This document shows, one piece after another, positions 51,929-61,098 of a DNA stretch of 64,000 bases. The first letter of the stretch is position 1. Every line of letters starts with the position of its first letter. The notes beneath the pieces were generated by a model. It ran no database searches and was not told where the DNA came from. It saw only the letters and a list, made by a program, of their open reading frames with translations. Source of the stretch: Cyanobacteria bacterium P01_A01_bin.123. GTDB taxonomy: Bacteria > Cyanobacteriota > Cyanobacteriia > Phormidesmidales > Phormidesmidaceae. The stretch lies in contig JBCBZT010000001.1 of the NCBI GenBank assembly GCA_039815185.1, forward strand, positions 32,001 to 96,000. The letters are read 5' to 3'. The position numbers were made by a program, and so were the translations under genes.

Positions 51929-54118
51929 GTGAAGCAATTTCCTCGTGGCATTCGCTTTTTGGGCCGTCGTACCCAAAAGGCCATCCAAAGTTCATCCCTG
52001 CGCCTTGCATTTACGGTGCCGGTTGTGGTGCAGCTATTGGTAGCAGTCGGCTTAGTCGGGTATCTGTCGTTTCGCAATGGGCAGCAAGCCGTGCAGGACT
52101 TGGCCTCCCAGTTACGTAGCGAGGTGTCTGCCCGGATCAAAGGGGAATTGGAAAGCTACTTTGGCGATCCCCATGCCATCAATCGGCTCAACGCCACAGC
52201 TTTTTCTAATGGGGATTTAGACGTTGAGCAAGCCACCCAGGGCGAACATTTGCTGTTTCAGCAGATGAGAATTTACCCTGAGATCGCTTTTGTCTATTGT
52301 GGCAGCGCTCGCTCGGGAGAGTTTTTTGGGATTTTGCGATCGCCTGAGACTGGTGAATTGCAGCTGTCCTACGGCAATGCGAGCAATGCCTTTTATCGAG
52401 ACTACTACAGTCTTGACGTCCGGGGCGATCGCCAGCATTTTATCTACCGAGCTGAGCAAACTTACGATGCTCGCCTGCGACCCTGGTTTAATGCTGCCCT
52501 GAATGCAGAAATGCCGACTTGGACCGATGTCTACGTTGCCTTTACCACCAGACTGCCTAACGTCACTGCGAGTCTGCCAGTTTACGATCGCCGCGATCGC
52601 ACACTACTTGGCGTTTGTGCTACGGATGTGGTGCTGCCAGAGGAGTTTCGCACGTTCTTAAAGGAACTCAAAATCGGCCAGTCAGGACAGGCTTTTGTAG
52701 TGGATCGTCAAGGCAATCTCATTTCTAGCTCTACCGATGAACCCTTGATGGCCGGAGCAGCAGACAATCCTCAGTTTCTTAAGGCGGTTGACAGCCACAA
52801 CCCCCAAGTTCAAGAGTCTGCGGCCTATTTATTGAACCGTTTTGGCTCCCTCAAGCAGATTCGTCAAAATCAGCAGTTAACGTTTGACCTAGACGGAAAG
52901 CGCAAATTTTTAGAGGTACTCCCCTTCAACGATGGCTTTGGGTTGGACTGGCTGATTGTGGTAGTTGTCCCCGAATCAGACTACATGGGTCAAATTCTAG
53001 CCAACACCCGGAGTACAATTCTGCTGTGCAGTGTGGCGCTGGTCGTTGCCCTCGGTATCGGTATTGGACTGGCCCAACGGGTTACGGCCCCTATCCTCAA
53101 ACTCAACACGGCGGTCAAAGACATTGCCGAAGGCGACTGGTCCCAGCGGGTTGAGGTAAACCGCACCGACGAAGTAGGCGAGTTGGCAAATTCGGTCAAC
53201 TCAATGGCCACACAGATTCAACAGGCGTTTGAACAACTCGAAACGCAACGCAACGCCTTTTCCCGGTTCTTCCCCCGGGAGTATTTAGAGTTTCTCAACA
53301 AGAAAAACGTCACGGAGATCGAGCTGGGGGATCATGTCAGTAAAGAGATGAGCGTGATGTTCTCCGATATTCGGGGCTTCACGCGTTTAGCGGAGAAAAC
53401 TCACCCCCAAGAGGTGTTTGACTTTATTAACACCTACGTTCAACGGATTTCACCGGAAGTGCAGTCGCACCATGGGTTTGTGGTGAAGTTTATTGGTGAT
53501 GGGGTGATGGCAATCTTCCCCAATACGGTGGAGGATGCCATCGATGCGGCGATCGCCCAGTTTAAGCAGGTTCAAGACTACAACCAACAGCGTCAAAAAG
53601 CGGGCTACTTTACCATTGAAATTGGCATTGGTCTCCACTTCGGGCATGTGATGGTCGGCATGATTGGGGAACCCAATCGCATTCAACCCGATGCTGTCTC
53701 TGACACCGTTAATTTGGCAGCGCGTCTAGAAGGTATGTCAAAAGTCTACGGGGCAGCCCTAGTGGTTTCTGAAGCGATGTTGAAACAACTGAAAGATCGC
53801 GATCGCTACGAATTACGCTTTTTAGACCGGGTGATTGTCAAAGGGCGCACTGAGTCTATTTCCATCTACGAGGTTTTAGATGCGGAAACAGACATGAGGC
53901 GATCGCTTAAACAACAGACTCTAAAGACCTTTGAAGCGGGTATTCAAGCCTACAGCGATCGCGACCTAGCCACAGCCCAAGACCACTTTGACGCTGTGCT
54001 CGCACAAAATCCAGAAGATAAAACAGCGCAGCTGTATGAGCAGCGAATCCGCCTCTTAATAGAGCAAGGTGTGCCCCACGACTGGGACGGCGTCTGGGCA
54101 TTTACTCAAAAGCGTTAA
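51929..54118 (+). CDS. Membrane class III adenylate/guanylate cyclase with Cache and HAMP domains
   Basis: TM-Cache (YDARLRPWF)-TM-HAMP (DEVGELANSVN.M); FSDIRGFT, VKFIGDGVM, GIGLHFG, DTVNLAARLE, VKGR; TPR-like tail ending WDGVW. Confidence 0.92.
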   Translation: MKQFPRGIRFLGRRTQKAIQSSSLRLAFTVPVVVQLLVAVGLVGYLSFRNGQQAVQDLASQLRSEVSARIKGELESYFGDPHAINRLNATAFSNGDLDVEQATQGEHLLFQQMRIYPEIAFVYCGSARSGEFFGILRSPETGELQLSYGNASNAFYRDYYSLDVRGDRQHFIYRAEQTYDARLRPWFNAALNAEMPTWTDVYVAFTTRLPNVTASLPVYDRRDRTLLGVCATDVVLPEEFRTFLKELKIGQSGQAFVVDRQGNLISSSTDEPLMAGAADNPQFLKAVDSHNPQVQESAAYLLNRFGSLKQIRQNQQLTFDLDGKRKFLEVLPFNDGFGLDWLIVVVVPESDYMGQILANTRSTILLCSVALVVALGIGIGLAQRVTAPILKLNTAVKDIAEGDWSQRVEVNRTDEVGELANSVNSMATQIQQAFEQLETQRNAFSRFFPREYLEFLNKKNVTEIELGDHVSKEMSVMFSDIRGFTRLAEKTHPQEVFDFINTYVQRISPEVQSHHGFVVKFIGDGVMAIFPNTVEDAIDAAIAQFKQVQDYNQQRQKAGYFTIEIGIGLHFGHVMVGMIGEPNRIQPDAVSDTVNLAARLEGMSKVYGAALVVSEAMLKQLKDRDRYELRFLDRVIVKGRTESISIYEVLDAETDMRRSLKQQTLKTFEAGIQAYSDRDLATAQDHFDAVLAQNPEDKTAQLYEQRIRLLIEQGVPHDWDGVWAFTQKR

Positions 54119-54295
54119 CCAGAAGCAGCTCTAAACAACACTGTCAGTGCAGTCGCTTTATCCATTTCACAACCCAAAATTACGGCTACCCGAGATTTTC
54201 ACGATTGCTAATTAGTGTGAATCCATCGGCTTCAGAAAAGAGTCGAGCCGCTGGGCAAATGGCGGCAATCACTAATGAGCTGTTGGGGATAGACC

Positions 54296-57214
54296 ATGGC
54301 GTTGACCTACGACGATGTATTAGCAGGCCCGATTGTTCGTCGGGTTGAACCCGGCCTAGCAGCGGTGTGGATCGCGCTACGTAAACCGGCCCAGGTGAAG
54401 CTCAAAATCTGGGAAGGCCTGGTTCGGGGAGATACCACCCAAACTGCTGTAGTGACGGGTTCTGCCATAGGCACTCGACCTGTAGGGGCTGAACTACACC
54501 TAGCTCTAGCAACTGTGGTGATGGCCCAGGGAGATAATAATGTTCGTTTGCAAAGCGATCGCATTTATACCTATGACCTCATCCTGAAAGAATCTGATAC
54601 AGATGCGGAGCAAGGACTGCTGGCGCTGGGACTGTTGGAAGAGCGAAAAACCAACGACCAGGTCACCCATTTACCCCTAGGTTATGAACCTGGATTGTTG
54701 CCTGGATTTGCGCTGCCTCCCACTGACATTCAAAATTTGAACCTGGTACAAGGGTCGTGCCGCAAGCCCCATAGTGCGGGCGACGACGCCATGACCTTTA
54801 TTGATGGGCTATTCGAAGATGACGACCAAAAGCACTACCGCGATCCGCTGAAACGGCCCCATCAGCTCTTTCTAACCGGCGACCAGATCTATGCCGATGA
54901 GGTTGCCAGTGACTACCTGGCATTGCTGAATACAGTGGGTAACCGACTGTTATCTGGCCAGGATAATCAGGTTATTGAACGGCTACCGTTTGAGCATAAC
55001 GACGCGGTTCACGCCATCCCCCTCTCCACTGAGCACTTCCCCCCCAGTCGGCGACAACGACTCATTCGCAAGGCTGCCAAATTCACCTCAGGATCGGGCA
55101 GTTCCCATTTATTGGGCTTTGGTGAATATTGCGCTTCCTATCTCTTGAACTGGTCTAATGTACTGTGGCCAACGGATTTCTTTGCCCAAGCCCTATCGTC
55201 TCGTTGGCAACGGGTGCAGGCTTATAAAACTGCCAGAACTGACCTGCGCGAAGCGCTAAACGCAGCCCAATTGGAGGGCAAATCCCAGGACAATGCAAAG
55301 GCCAAGTTAGACTACTATGCTGCTGGGAAACTGTTGCCCCCTGCCTGGCGCAAGATTGATAAATTTCTTACCTCAGAAGATAAAACAGGTGATTGGGGCA
55401 CTGAAGACATGAATGGCTTTGCCATTCAAACGCCCCCCGACACCACAGCAGGCGTGACGGGTACGGTGCCTTTCCCCAATCAAGTTCCTGCCGAGGTTCA
55501 GCGAGCATTGGCCAAGACCCTATCTCCCAGTTGGTATGTGGGTTGGGAAAGTCAAGGGTTTGCGGCAAATGTCAATGAGGATGAACTGTATACCGATAAG
55601 GTCTTGGCCGAATTGCGATCGGTTCAGACCTTCTACGCCGGTTTACCTAAGGTGCGTCGGGTACTGGCCAATGTCGCCACCTACATGACCTTCGACGATC
55701 ACGAAACCACCGACGATTGGAATATTACTCAAAACTGGATCGCTGCGGTTAATGGTTCACCCATGGGTCGTAACATTCTGCGTAACGGCATGCTGGCCTA
55801 TGGGCTGTTTCAAGCCTGGGGGAACGATCCGCTTTACTTTGAAAGCCTTAAACCTAATGGGGAAGCTGATAATGAAACCCCAGGGACAAAGATGCTCAAG
55901 GCCGCATCGAAATTATTTCTAACCGGCGAGGCTAATCCTCGGCAAATCGGGCCCCACGGTGGCCTCAATGCCAACAAACGAGATACCGCGATCGCAGCCA
56001 CGCTCAATCAGCTCTTTAATCTCACTGAAACCCCCACCGAACCTGCAGAAAGGGTGCGCTGGTACTACCGAGTTGGGGGGGGTGGGTACGAAGTATTTAG
56101 CCTGGATACCCGCACATTCCGAGGCTTCAAGACACCCAACGGGCCTCCGCAGCTAATCACCCTCCCTCAACTAAAAATCCAAATTCCCGAAAATCCAGAG
56201 TACAGCTACGGCACCCCAACCGATGGACAGGGCATCACCTTTGTAATCGCCGCTGCCCCAGTACTCGGCTTCCCGCCCGTTGAAAACATTTTGCAACCCA
56301 TCGTGAATACCCTCGACAGCCTTGCATTGGGGCCTGAGGGATTGTTCAAATCGGCACAACAAGACTACTTCACCGGGGCTTTTAACCACGATCCAGAACC
56401 GTGGAGCTACCACGAAGATATTTTTGAAGGGCTGTTAGTCCAGCTTGCCGAGCACAAACGAGTCGTCTTTATTTCCGGCGACGTGCATTACGCCTGTAGC
56501 GTCAAGCTCGACTACTGGCAGCTGTCTGCAGAAAATCCTGGCGATAACGCAGACCCACCACCGCCTCAACATACCCGCTTTATTCAACTCACCTCCAGCG
56601 CCTTAAAAAACTTCGCCGGGGACACGAAGAATGTGATGTCCCACAGTGGCTCAGTCTCTCGCATTGCGCAATCGCTGGCGTTACCCCAAGAGCGGATGGT
56701 GTGGGATAAAGCAGGCCGCGATCATCCCCTGGAACCGCCCGCAGATCAAGGGTTTAATCTGCTGGTGAAACACAAGCTCAATGATAATCCGGTCTTTATC
56801 CCCGTTTCTGCACTCCCGGAAGGTACTCAGCAACACTACAGTCCTAATTCCGTTTGGCGGCTGGCGCTAGTCCACGATGGCCGCAGCGATGCAGACCGCT
56901 TCCAAGGGTTAAACGGTGTACCTGACTTTCAAGCAGAGGGGACAGAGGATAAAGCCGACATTGGCTTTATCGGCAGCGTTATCCAAAAACACTTCTGGCA
57001 CGCTGTTCACGGCCCCTCTCGGCTGATTACCTTTGCCAACAACGTTGGCCAAATCACCGTACAACCCGACGCCATTCGTTACGCCGTCTATTCCCAGCTT
57101 AGAGATCTACCCGAAAACGGCAAGCCAGCCAAGGCAAGACCCTACACTACTTACACCATTCCTTTTGCAGCAGACGATCAACCCCCACCCAGCCTTCCTG
57201 ACGTTAGTTCATGA
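54296..57214 (+). CDS. PhoD-like (alkaline phosphatase D family) metallophosphoesterase, 972 aa, no signal peptide
   Basis: LAGPIVRRV, GSCRKPH, LFLTGDQIYADEV, YMTFDDHETTDDW, LDTRT, FISGDVHYA, QLTSSALKN. Confidence 0.82.
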   Translation: MALTYDDVLAGPIVRRVEPGLAAVWIALRKPAQVKLKIWEGLVRGDTTQTAVVTGSAIGTRPVGAELHLALATVVMAQGDNNVRLQSDRIYTYDLILKESDTDAEQGLLALGLLEERKTNDQVTHLPLGYEPGLLPGFALPPTDIQNLNLVQGSCRKPHSAGDDAMTFIDGLFEDDDQKHYRDPLKRPHQLFLTGDQIYADEVASDYLALLNTVGNRLLSGQDNQVIERLPFEHNDAVHAIPLSTEHFPPSRRQRLIRKAAKFTSGSGSSHLLGFGEYCASYLLNWSNVLWPTDFFAQALSSRWQRVQAYKTARTDLREALNAAQLEGKSQDNAKAKLDYYAAGKLLPPAWRKIDKFLTSEDKTGDWGTEDMNGFAIQTPPDTTAGVTGTVPFPNQVPAEVQRALAKTLSPSWYVGWESQGFAANVNEDELYTDKVLAELRSVQTFYAGLPKVRRVLANVATYMTFDDHETTDDWNITQNWIAAVNGSPMGRNILRNGMLAYGLFQAWGNDPLYFESLKPNGEADNETPGTKMLKAASKLFLTGEANPRQIGPHGGLNANKRDTAIAATLNQLFNLTETPTEPAERVRWYYRVGGGGYEVFSLDTRTFRGFKTPNGPPQLITLPQLKIQIPENPEYSYGTPTDGQGITFVIAAAPVLGFPPVENILQPIVNTLDSLALGPEGLFKSAQQDYFTGAFNHDPEPWSYHEDIFEGLLVQLAEHKRVVFISGDVHYACSVKLDYWQLSAENPGDNADPPPPQHTRFIQLTSSALKNFAGDTKNVMSHSGSVSRIAQSLALPQERMVWDKAGRDHPLEPPADQGFNLLVKHKLNDNPVFIPVSALPEGTQQHYSPNSVWRLALVHDGRSDADRFQGLNGVPDFQAEGTEDKADIGFIGSVIQKHFWHAVHGPSRLITFANNVGQITVQPDAIRYAVYSQLRDLPENGKPAKARPYTTYTIPFAADDQPPPSLPDVSS

Positions 57215-57370
57215 AGGCACAATACCGCCACCATTCTCCCACTGAGCAAGGTTGGAGCACATCTATCCCAGGAATCTCTAAAACCTGCATTCCCTGACCC
57301 ACATGGGTTAGCGGAGCGTAACCCACGCTTCATGAGTCGATTCTGACCTCAGCAATCTTCCCATAGGACT

Positions 57371-57425
57371 CCCTCCGCCCCCTTCCTCCCCTACCCCCTC
57401 TCTCCCTCCCTACCTCCCCTCCCCC
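57371..57425. repeat. C-rich polypyrimidine tract (G-runs on minus strand)
   Basis: ccctccgcccccttcctcccctaccccctctctccctccctacctcccctccccc immediately before the ATG at 57430. Confidence 0.7.
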
Positions 57426-57429
57426 AGCC

Positions 57430-60400
57430 ATGAGCCACTTCAACCTCTCCGACTTCCTCAATACCCTCCTCGAAAGCCTAGACGAGTTATTCAAGCGACT
57501 GGAAGAACCCAGCTATTGCCTGCGCTGCGATGTGCCCGTCATTCAGCCGACGGCAGCACTGAGACAGGAGCTGGCGACGGCCAAAACTGCTTTCAAAGAG
57601 AAAAAGCATGACCTAGCCGCGATCGCCACAACTCGCATCTCTGATCGGCTGATTAAGCTGATTTTGGAAAGCGGCGAACTCGACTTAGACGATCTGGATG
57701 ACCAGACTGCCAAACAAATGGCTGATTTTCTGGTTCAGCGATTGGTCTTGCCGGTTGTGTTCGATGTCCTACGGCGGAAATATGTAGAAACCCGCTCAGA
57801 CGAGAGCAAACGCTTTGGGTGGCTTTTTGCCATTCTCTATTTTGGCACCTTAGGCATAACCATCCTCGACGGGCGGATGCAGGAATGGATGAGTCAAGAA
57901 CTCTCGGTGCATCGGTTTGGGGCATTGGGTGGAGAAGCTTGGCAAGCCTGGAAAGCAGAGATAGAGGGGGAAAACACTGAAGATAGCCACTGGCCGATTT
58001 ACTTGGCAGACATCATCGGGTTCCTGACTCCCCTCACCATTCCCCTATCCAATAAGCTTAGAACCCATTTATGGATGACCCATGGTTGGGAATCGGCTGA
58101 TGCCATTCCTTTTCCTGCCGCAGCGGAGGTGGCTGAGCACACTGTCTCTATTTGGTGGGAAGATCACCCTGATCTAAAAGCTGAAGAAAATAATTATCAA
58201 CTTACGCCCCCCGCAGATCCGTCAACCTTTGAGCGGCTAGGGCTAACCTTAATTCCACTATTGGCCAAACATGGAGGCCCCTATGTGTTGCCGCTGCCGC
58301 AGTTGGGGTTAGCTTCGACACCAAGTGTGGCCCCCAATGCACGCCGCAACATAACCCCAAGTGCAATCCAAAACGCGGCCCTGGATAATCCGAGTGCGGC
58401 GGTCGTCAAAAAGAAAACGTTTGGCAATTGGGCGTTAGAACTGCATGCCCCTGACAATCTGGCGTCGGTGATCGGCAATGTTGACGCCAAACTCACCTAT
58501 AGCAGCGATGAGCCCCTATTCTCCCTGGGCAATGAAGACGAACCGGAGCGTGGCGTTTCCCTAACCATCAATAATTTTGAGTTGGCTGCGAATGCGGCAT
58601 ACAACTTTGATGTCCTCGAAGAGACTGATCTAGGTGCCGTAATTCGGATCAAGAAGGCCACATTTTCTCTCGGGAATCCTGGCGGCAGTGACCTATTGAA
58701 GCGGGCACTCCCCAAAGGGATTGGTGGCACCTTCAAGGCAGGTTTGGGGATAAAGCTGAAGCCAAAACAAGACCCCCAATTTTTCTGGGAAGGGGGGCTA
58801 GGCCTAGATTTGTATGTGCCGATTGATTGGGAAACCCCGTCTATCGCAGGAATATCTATAGATATCCCCAACCTGAAACTGGCGCTGAAAGGACAGCAGA
58901 TTGAAAGTGGTGCTCAATTAGCGCTGGATTTTGGCATCTCTATCGCCCTCAACCTTGGACCGTTGACGCTATCAACCACAGGGCTAGGGGGGACACTTTC
59001 GCTGACCCACACCTCTGGCCTACAGGGTAATTTAGGGCCAATGAATTTTGATTGGACGCTCCTAGAGCCTGACAGTTTGGGGATTGCCCTCAAAACTGGC
59101 CCGGTGAATGGGGGTGGATTTTTAGCACGGGATGAGGAGAAAGATCGCTGGTTTGGTGCTCTCAGCCTTAAGTTCAGTAAATTCACTTTGGATGGGGTGA
59201 TCATGACCGAGGGTGATAGCGTCCTCGGAATTGTCTGGGCCAGTCGATTGAATCTGCCTTTTTTGGGCGGCCAGATTGAAGGACTGGGGATTTTGGTGGG
59301 TTGCGATCGCACGGTCAGCATCGACGCCTTCACCCAGGGCTTGAAGAACAACGTCCTCGACAGCATTCTCTTCCCCAGTGATCCGGTGGCTAAAGCGCCG
59401 CAGATTTTAGCAACGGTCAGCCAATTGCTTCCCCGTGCAGAAAACCACACCGTCCTTGGGGTCATGGCCCGTTGGGTGTTTGGTGGCCAAAGCCGCCTGT
59501 TTGCGGTTGAATTGGGGATCCTGCTGGAATTTGTTGGCAAAAGCCTGCGGGCTGGGTTCCTGATTGGCCAGGGCAGCCTCCGCCTGAGGAAAGTGCCCGA
59601 GTCGGTCTTTGCCCTTAATTTAGACCTCTTTGGGGCAATTGATCGCGGTCGTGGGGATAACGATGATAATGAGTACTTTCTCAAAGCGGTGTTACGCAAC
59701 TCCCGCGTGGCCGGTAGCGAACTCACAGGCAGTGGTTTGTTTTACAAAGGGCCGAAGAGTGAGTTTGTGATCTCTGTCGGGGGCTTCAATCCGCGCTATC
59801 CGGTACCGTCCCATCCCCTGTTTGACCTAGATCGGGTTAAGGCCACCCTGGTTAACCGAGATAACCTGAAACTCTTTTTCCAAGGTTATATTGCGCTTAC
59901 CACCAGCAGCTTTCAAATTGGCATTCACGCCCAGTTGCTCTACAAGAAAGCAGGGTTCACCGTGGAAGGTCTGTTGAGCCTGGATGTGTTGGCTCGATTT
60001 GAAGGACAGTTTTTTGTTGACTTAGCTTTAGAGCTTGCTGTTCGTCGCGGCAGCCGCATGATTGCAGGTATCGGATTGGAAGGCACCTTCTCGGGTACCT
60101 CTCCCTGGCGGATTGAAGGTCGGGCTCGGTTAAAGCTGCTGTTCTTAAAGGTGAGCTTCCCGATCAAGTGGCAATCGAGTGGTGATAAGCCAGCCGCTGC
60201 AGAACCCGTCGATGCCTTGGCGGCTCTACGGGCAGAACTCATCGCTCCCGAGAACTGGAGCGGCAATACCCCAAGTACAGGGATTGTCCTCCGAGAAATC
60301 TCGCGAGAGGGGGTCTGGATAGACGCAAAGAACAGCCTCCGGGTTCAACAAACTGCTGTGCCGCTAGAAGAGCGCATTACACGCATTGGGCCTTCCCCGC

Positions 60401-60993
60401 TGCGCCAGCCCACCACCTTTGAGATAACTGATGTTCAACTGGGCCAAACGTCTCAAGCTTGGCAAGCGGTGGAAGACAACTTTAGTCCTGGGCTGTATCA
60501 GGATGTCGATTTGGATGAAGCAGTGCGGGCACCCATGTACGAAAAGATGGCTGCAGGGGTGGAGCTCACGGACACCACGCTAGACATTGGCGATGCGGTG
60601 GATGGGGGCCATGCCTACGAAGAAGAATTCATTGATGACGAACTCGATCAGGCTTTTAGAACTGAAGTCAACCGTCGGCGTCGCGATCGCGCTGCTATGA
60701 CCTTGCCACAAAACGCACTGGCCACACTGGGTCACACTGGGCTGCGTCCGTTGGCGGTTAGCCACAGTCTGCAACGTCCTGACACTGACTTTTATCAGGT
60801 CTCAGCCGAGCCAATCACGGTGCAGTCTCCCCGTTACTTGATCGCAGATGATAACTTGCAACTCGACGACCGCTTAGACAGATCCACCGCTGAACGAGGG
60901 CTGTCCTACAGTCAAGCTCGGCACCTGTTGCACAAGGGCTGGATCCAGCGCAGTCGCTCAAACATTGTTTACCGCTACGAAGCCGTTACCTAA
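57430..60993 (+). CDS. DUF6603-like large beta-rich protein, 1187 aa
   Basis: Helical N-terminus, then a long Gly/hydrophobic beta region with GPVNGGGFL, ILFPSDPV, SVGGFNPRY, GYIALTTSSFQIG, GTSPWRIEG, LRVQQTAVPL; recognised from memory as DUF6603-type motifs. Confidence 0.7.
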   Translation: MSHFNLSDFLNTLLESLDELFKRLEEPSYCLRCDVPVIQPTAALRQELATAKTAFKEKKHDLAAIATTRISDRLIKLILESGELDLDDLDDQTAKQMADFLVQRLVLPVVFDVLRRKYVETRSDESKRFGWLFAILYFGTLGITILDGRMQEWMSQELSVHRFGALGGEAWQAWKAEIEGENTEDSHWPIYLADIIGFLTPLTIPLSNKLRTHLWMTHGWESADAIPFPAAAEVAEHTVSIWWEDHPDLKAEENNYQLTPPADPSTFERLGLTLIPLLAKHGGPYVLPLPQLGLASTPSVAPNARRNITPSAIQNAALDNPSAAVVKKKTFGNWALELHAPDNLASVIGNVDAKLTYSSDEPLFSLGNEDEPERGVSLTINNFELAANAAYNFDVLEETDLGAVIRIKKATFSLGNPGGSDLLKRALPKGIGGTFKAGLGIKLKPKQDPQFFWEGGLGLDLYVPIDWETPSIAGISIDIPNLKLALKGQQIESGAQLALDFGISIALNLGPLTLSTTGLGGTLSLTHTSGLQGNLGPMNFDWTLLEPDSLGIALKTGPVNGGGFLARDEEKDRWFGALSLKFSKFTLDGVIMTEGDSVLGIVWASRLNLPFLGGQIEGLGILVGCDRTVSIDAFTQGLKNNVLDSILFPSDPVAKAPQILATVSQLLPRAENHTVLGVMARWVFGGQSRLFAVELGILLEFVGKSLRAGFLIGQGSLRLRKVPESVFALNLDLFGAIDRGRGDNDDNEYFLKAVLRNSRVAGSELTGSGLFYKGPKSEFVISVGGFNPRYPVPSHPLFDLDRVKATLVNRDNLKLFFQGYIALTTSSFQIGIHAQLLYKKAGFTVEGLLSLDVLARFEGQFFVDLALELAVRRGSRMIAGIGLEGTFSGTSPWRIEGRARLKLLFLKVSFPIKWQSSGDKPAAAEPVDALAALRAELIAPENWSGNTPSTGIVLREISREGVWIDAKNSLRVQQTAVPLEERITRIGPSPLRQPTTFEITDVQLGQTSQAWQAVEDNFSPGLYQDVDLDEAVRAPMYEKMAAGVELTDTTLDIGDAVDGGHAYEEEFIDDELDQAFRTEVNRRRRDRAAMTLPQNALATLGHTGLRPLAVSHSLQRPDTDFYQVSAEPITVQSPRYLIADDNLQLDDRLDRSTAERGLSYSQARHLLHKGWIQRSRSNIVYRYEAVT

Positions 60994-61098
60994 ATAGACG
61001 ATCTGCCTCGGAACGTACCGATGAGTTGTAAACCTCATCTTAAAGGCGCAAGGTCTTGTGCCCCCCTAACGCAAACTTCCTCCTTGGAGCGCCCGATC

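Noticed and set aside
58914..59726. 270-aa antisense ORF and the many other short overlapping ORFs in the track (e.g. 31714-32268, 16072-16533, 45269-45757)
   Set aside because: Shadow frames of well-supported genes, with no recognisable motifs.
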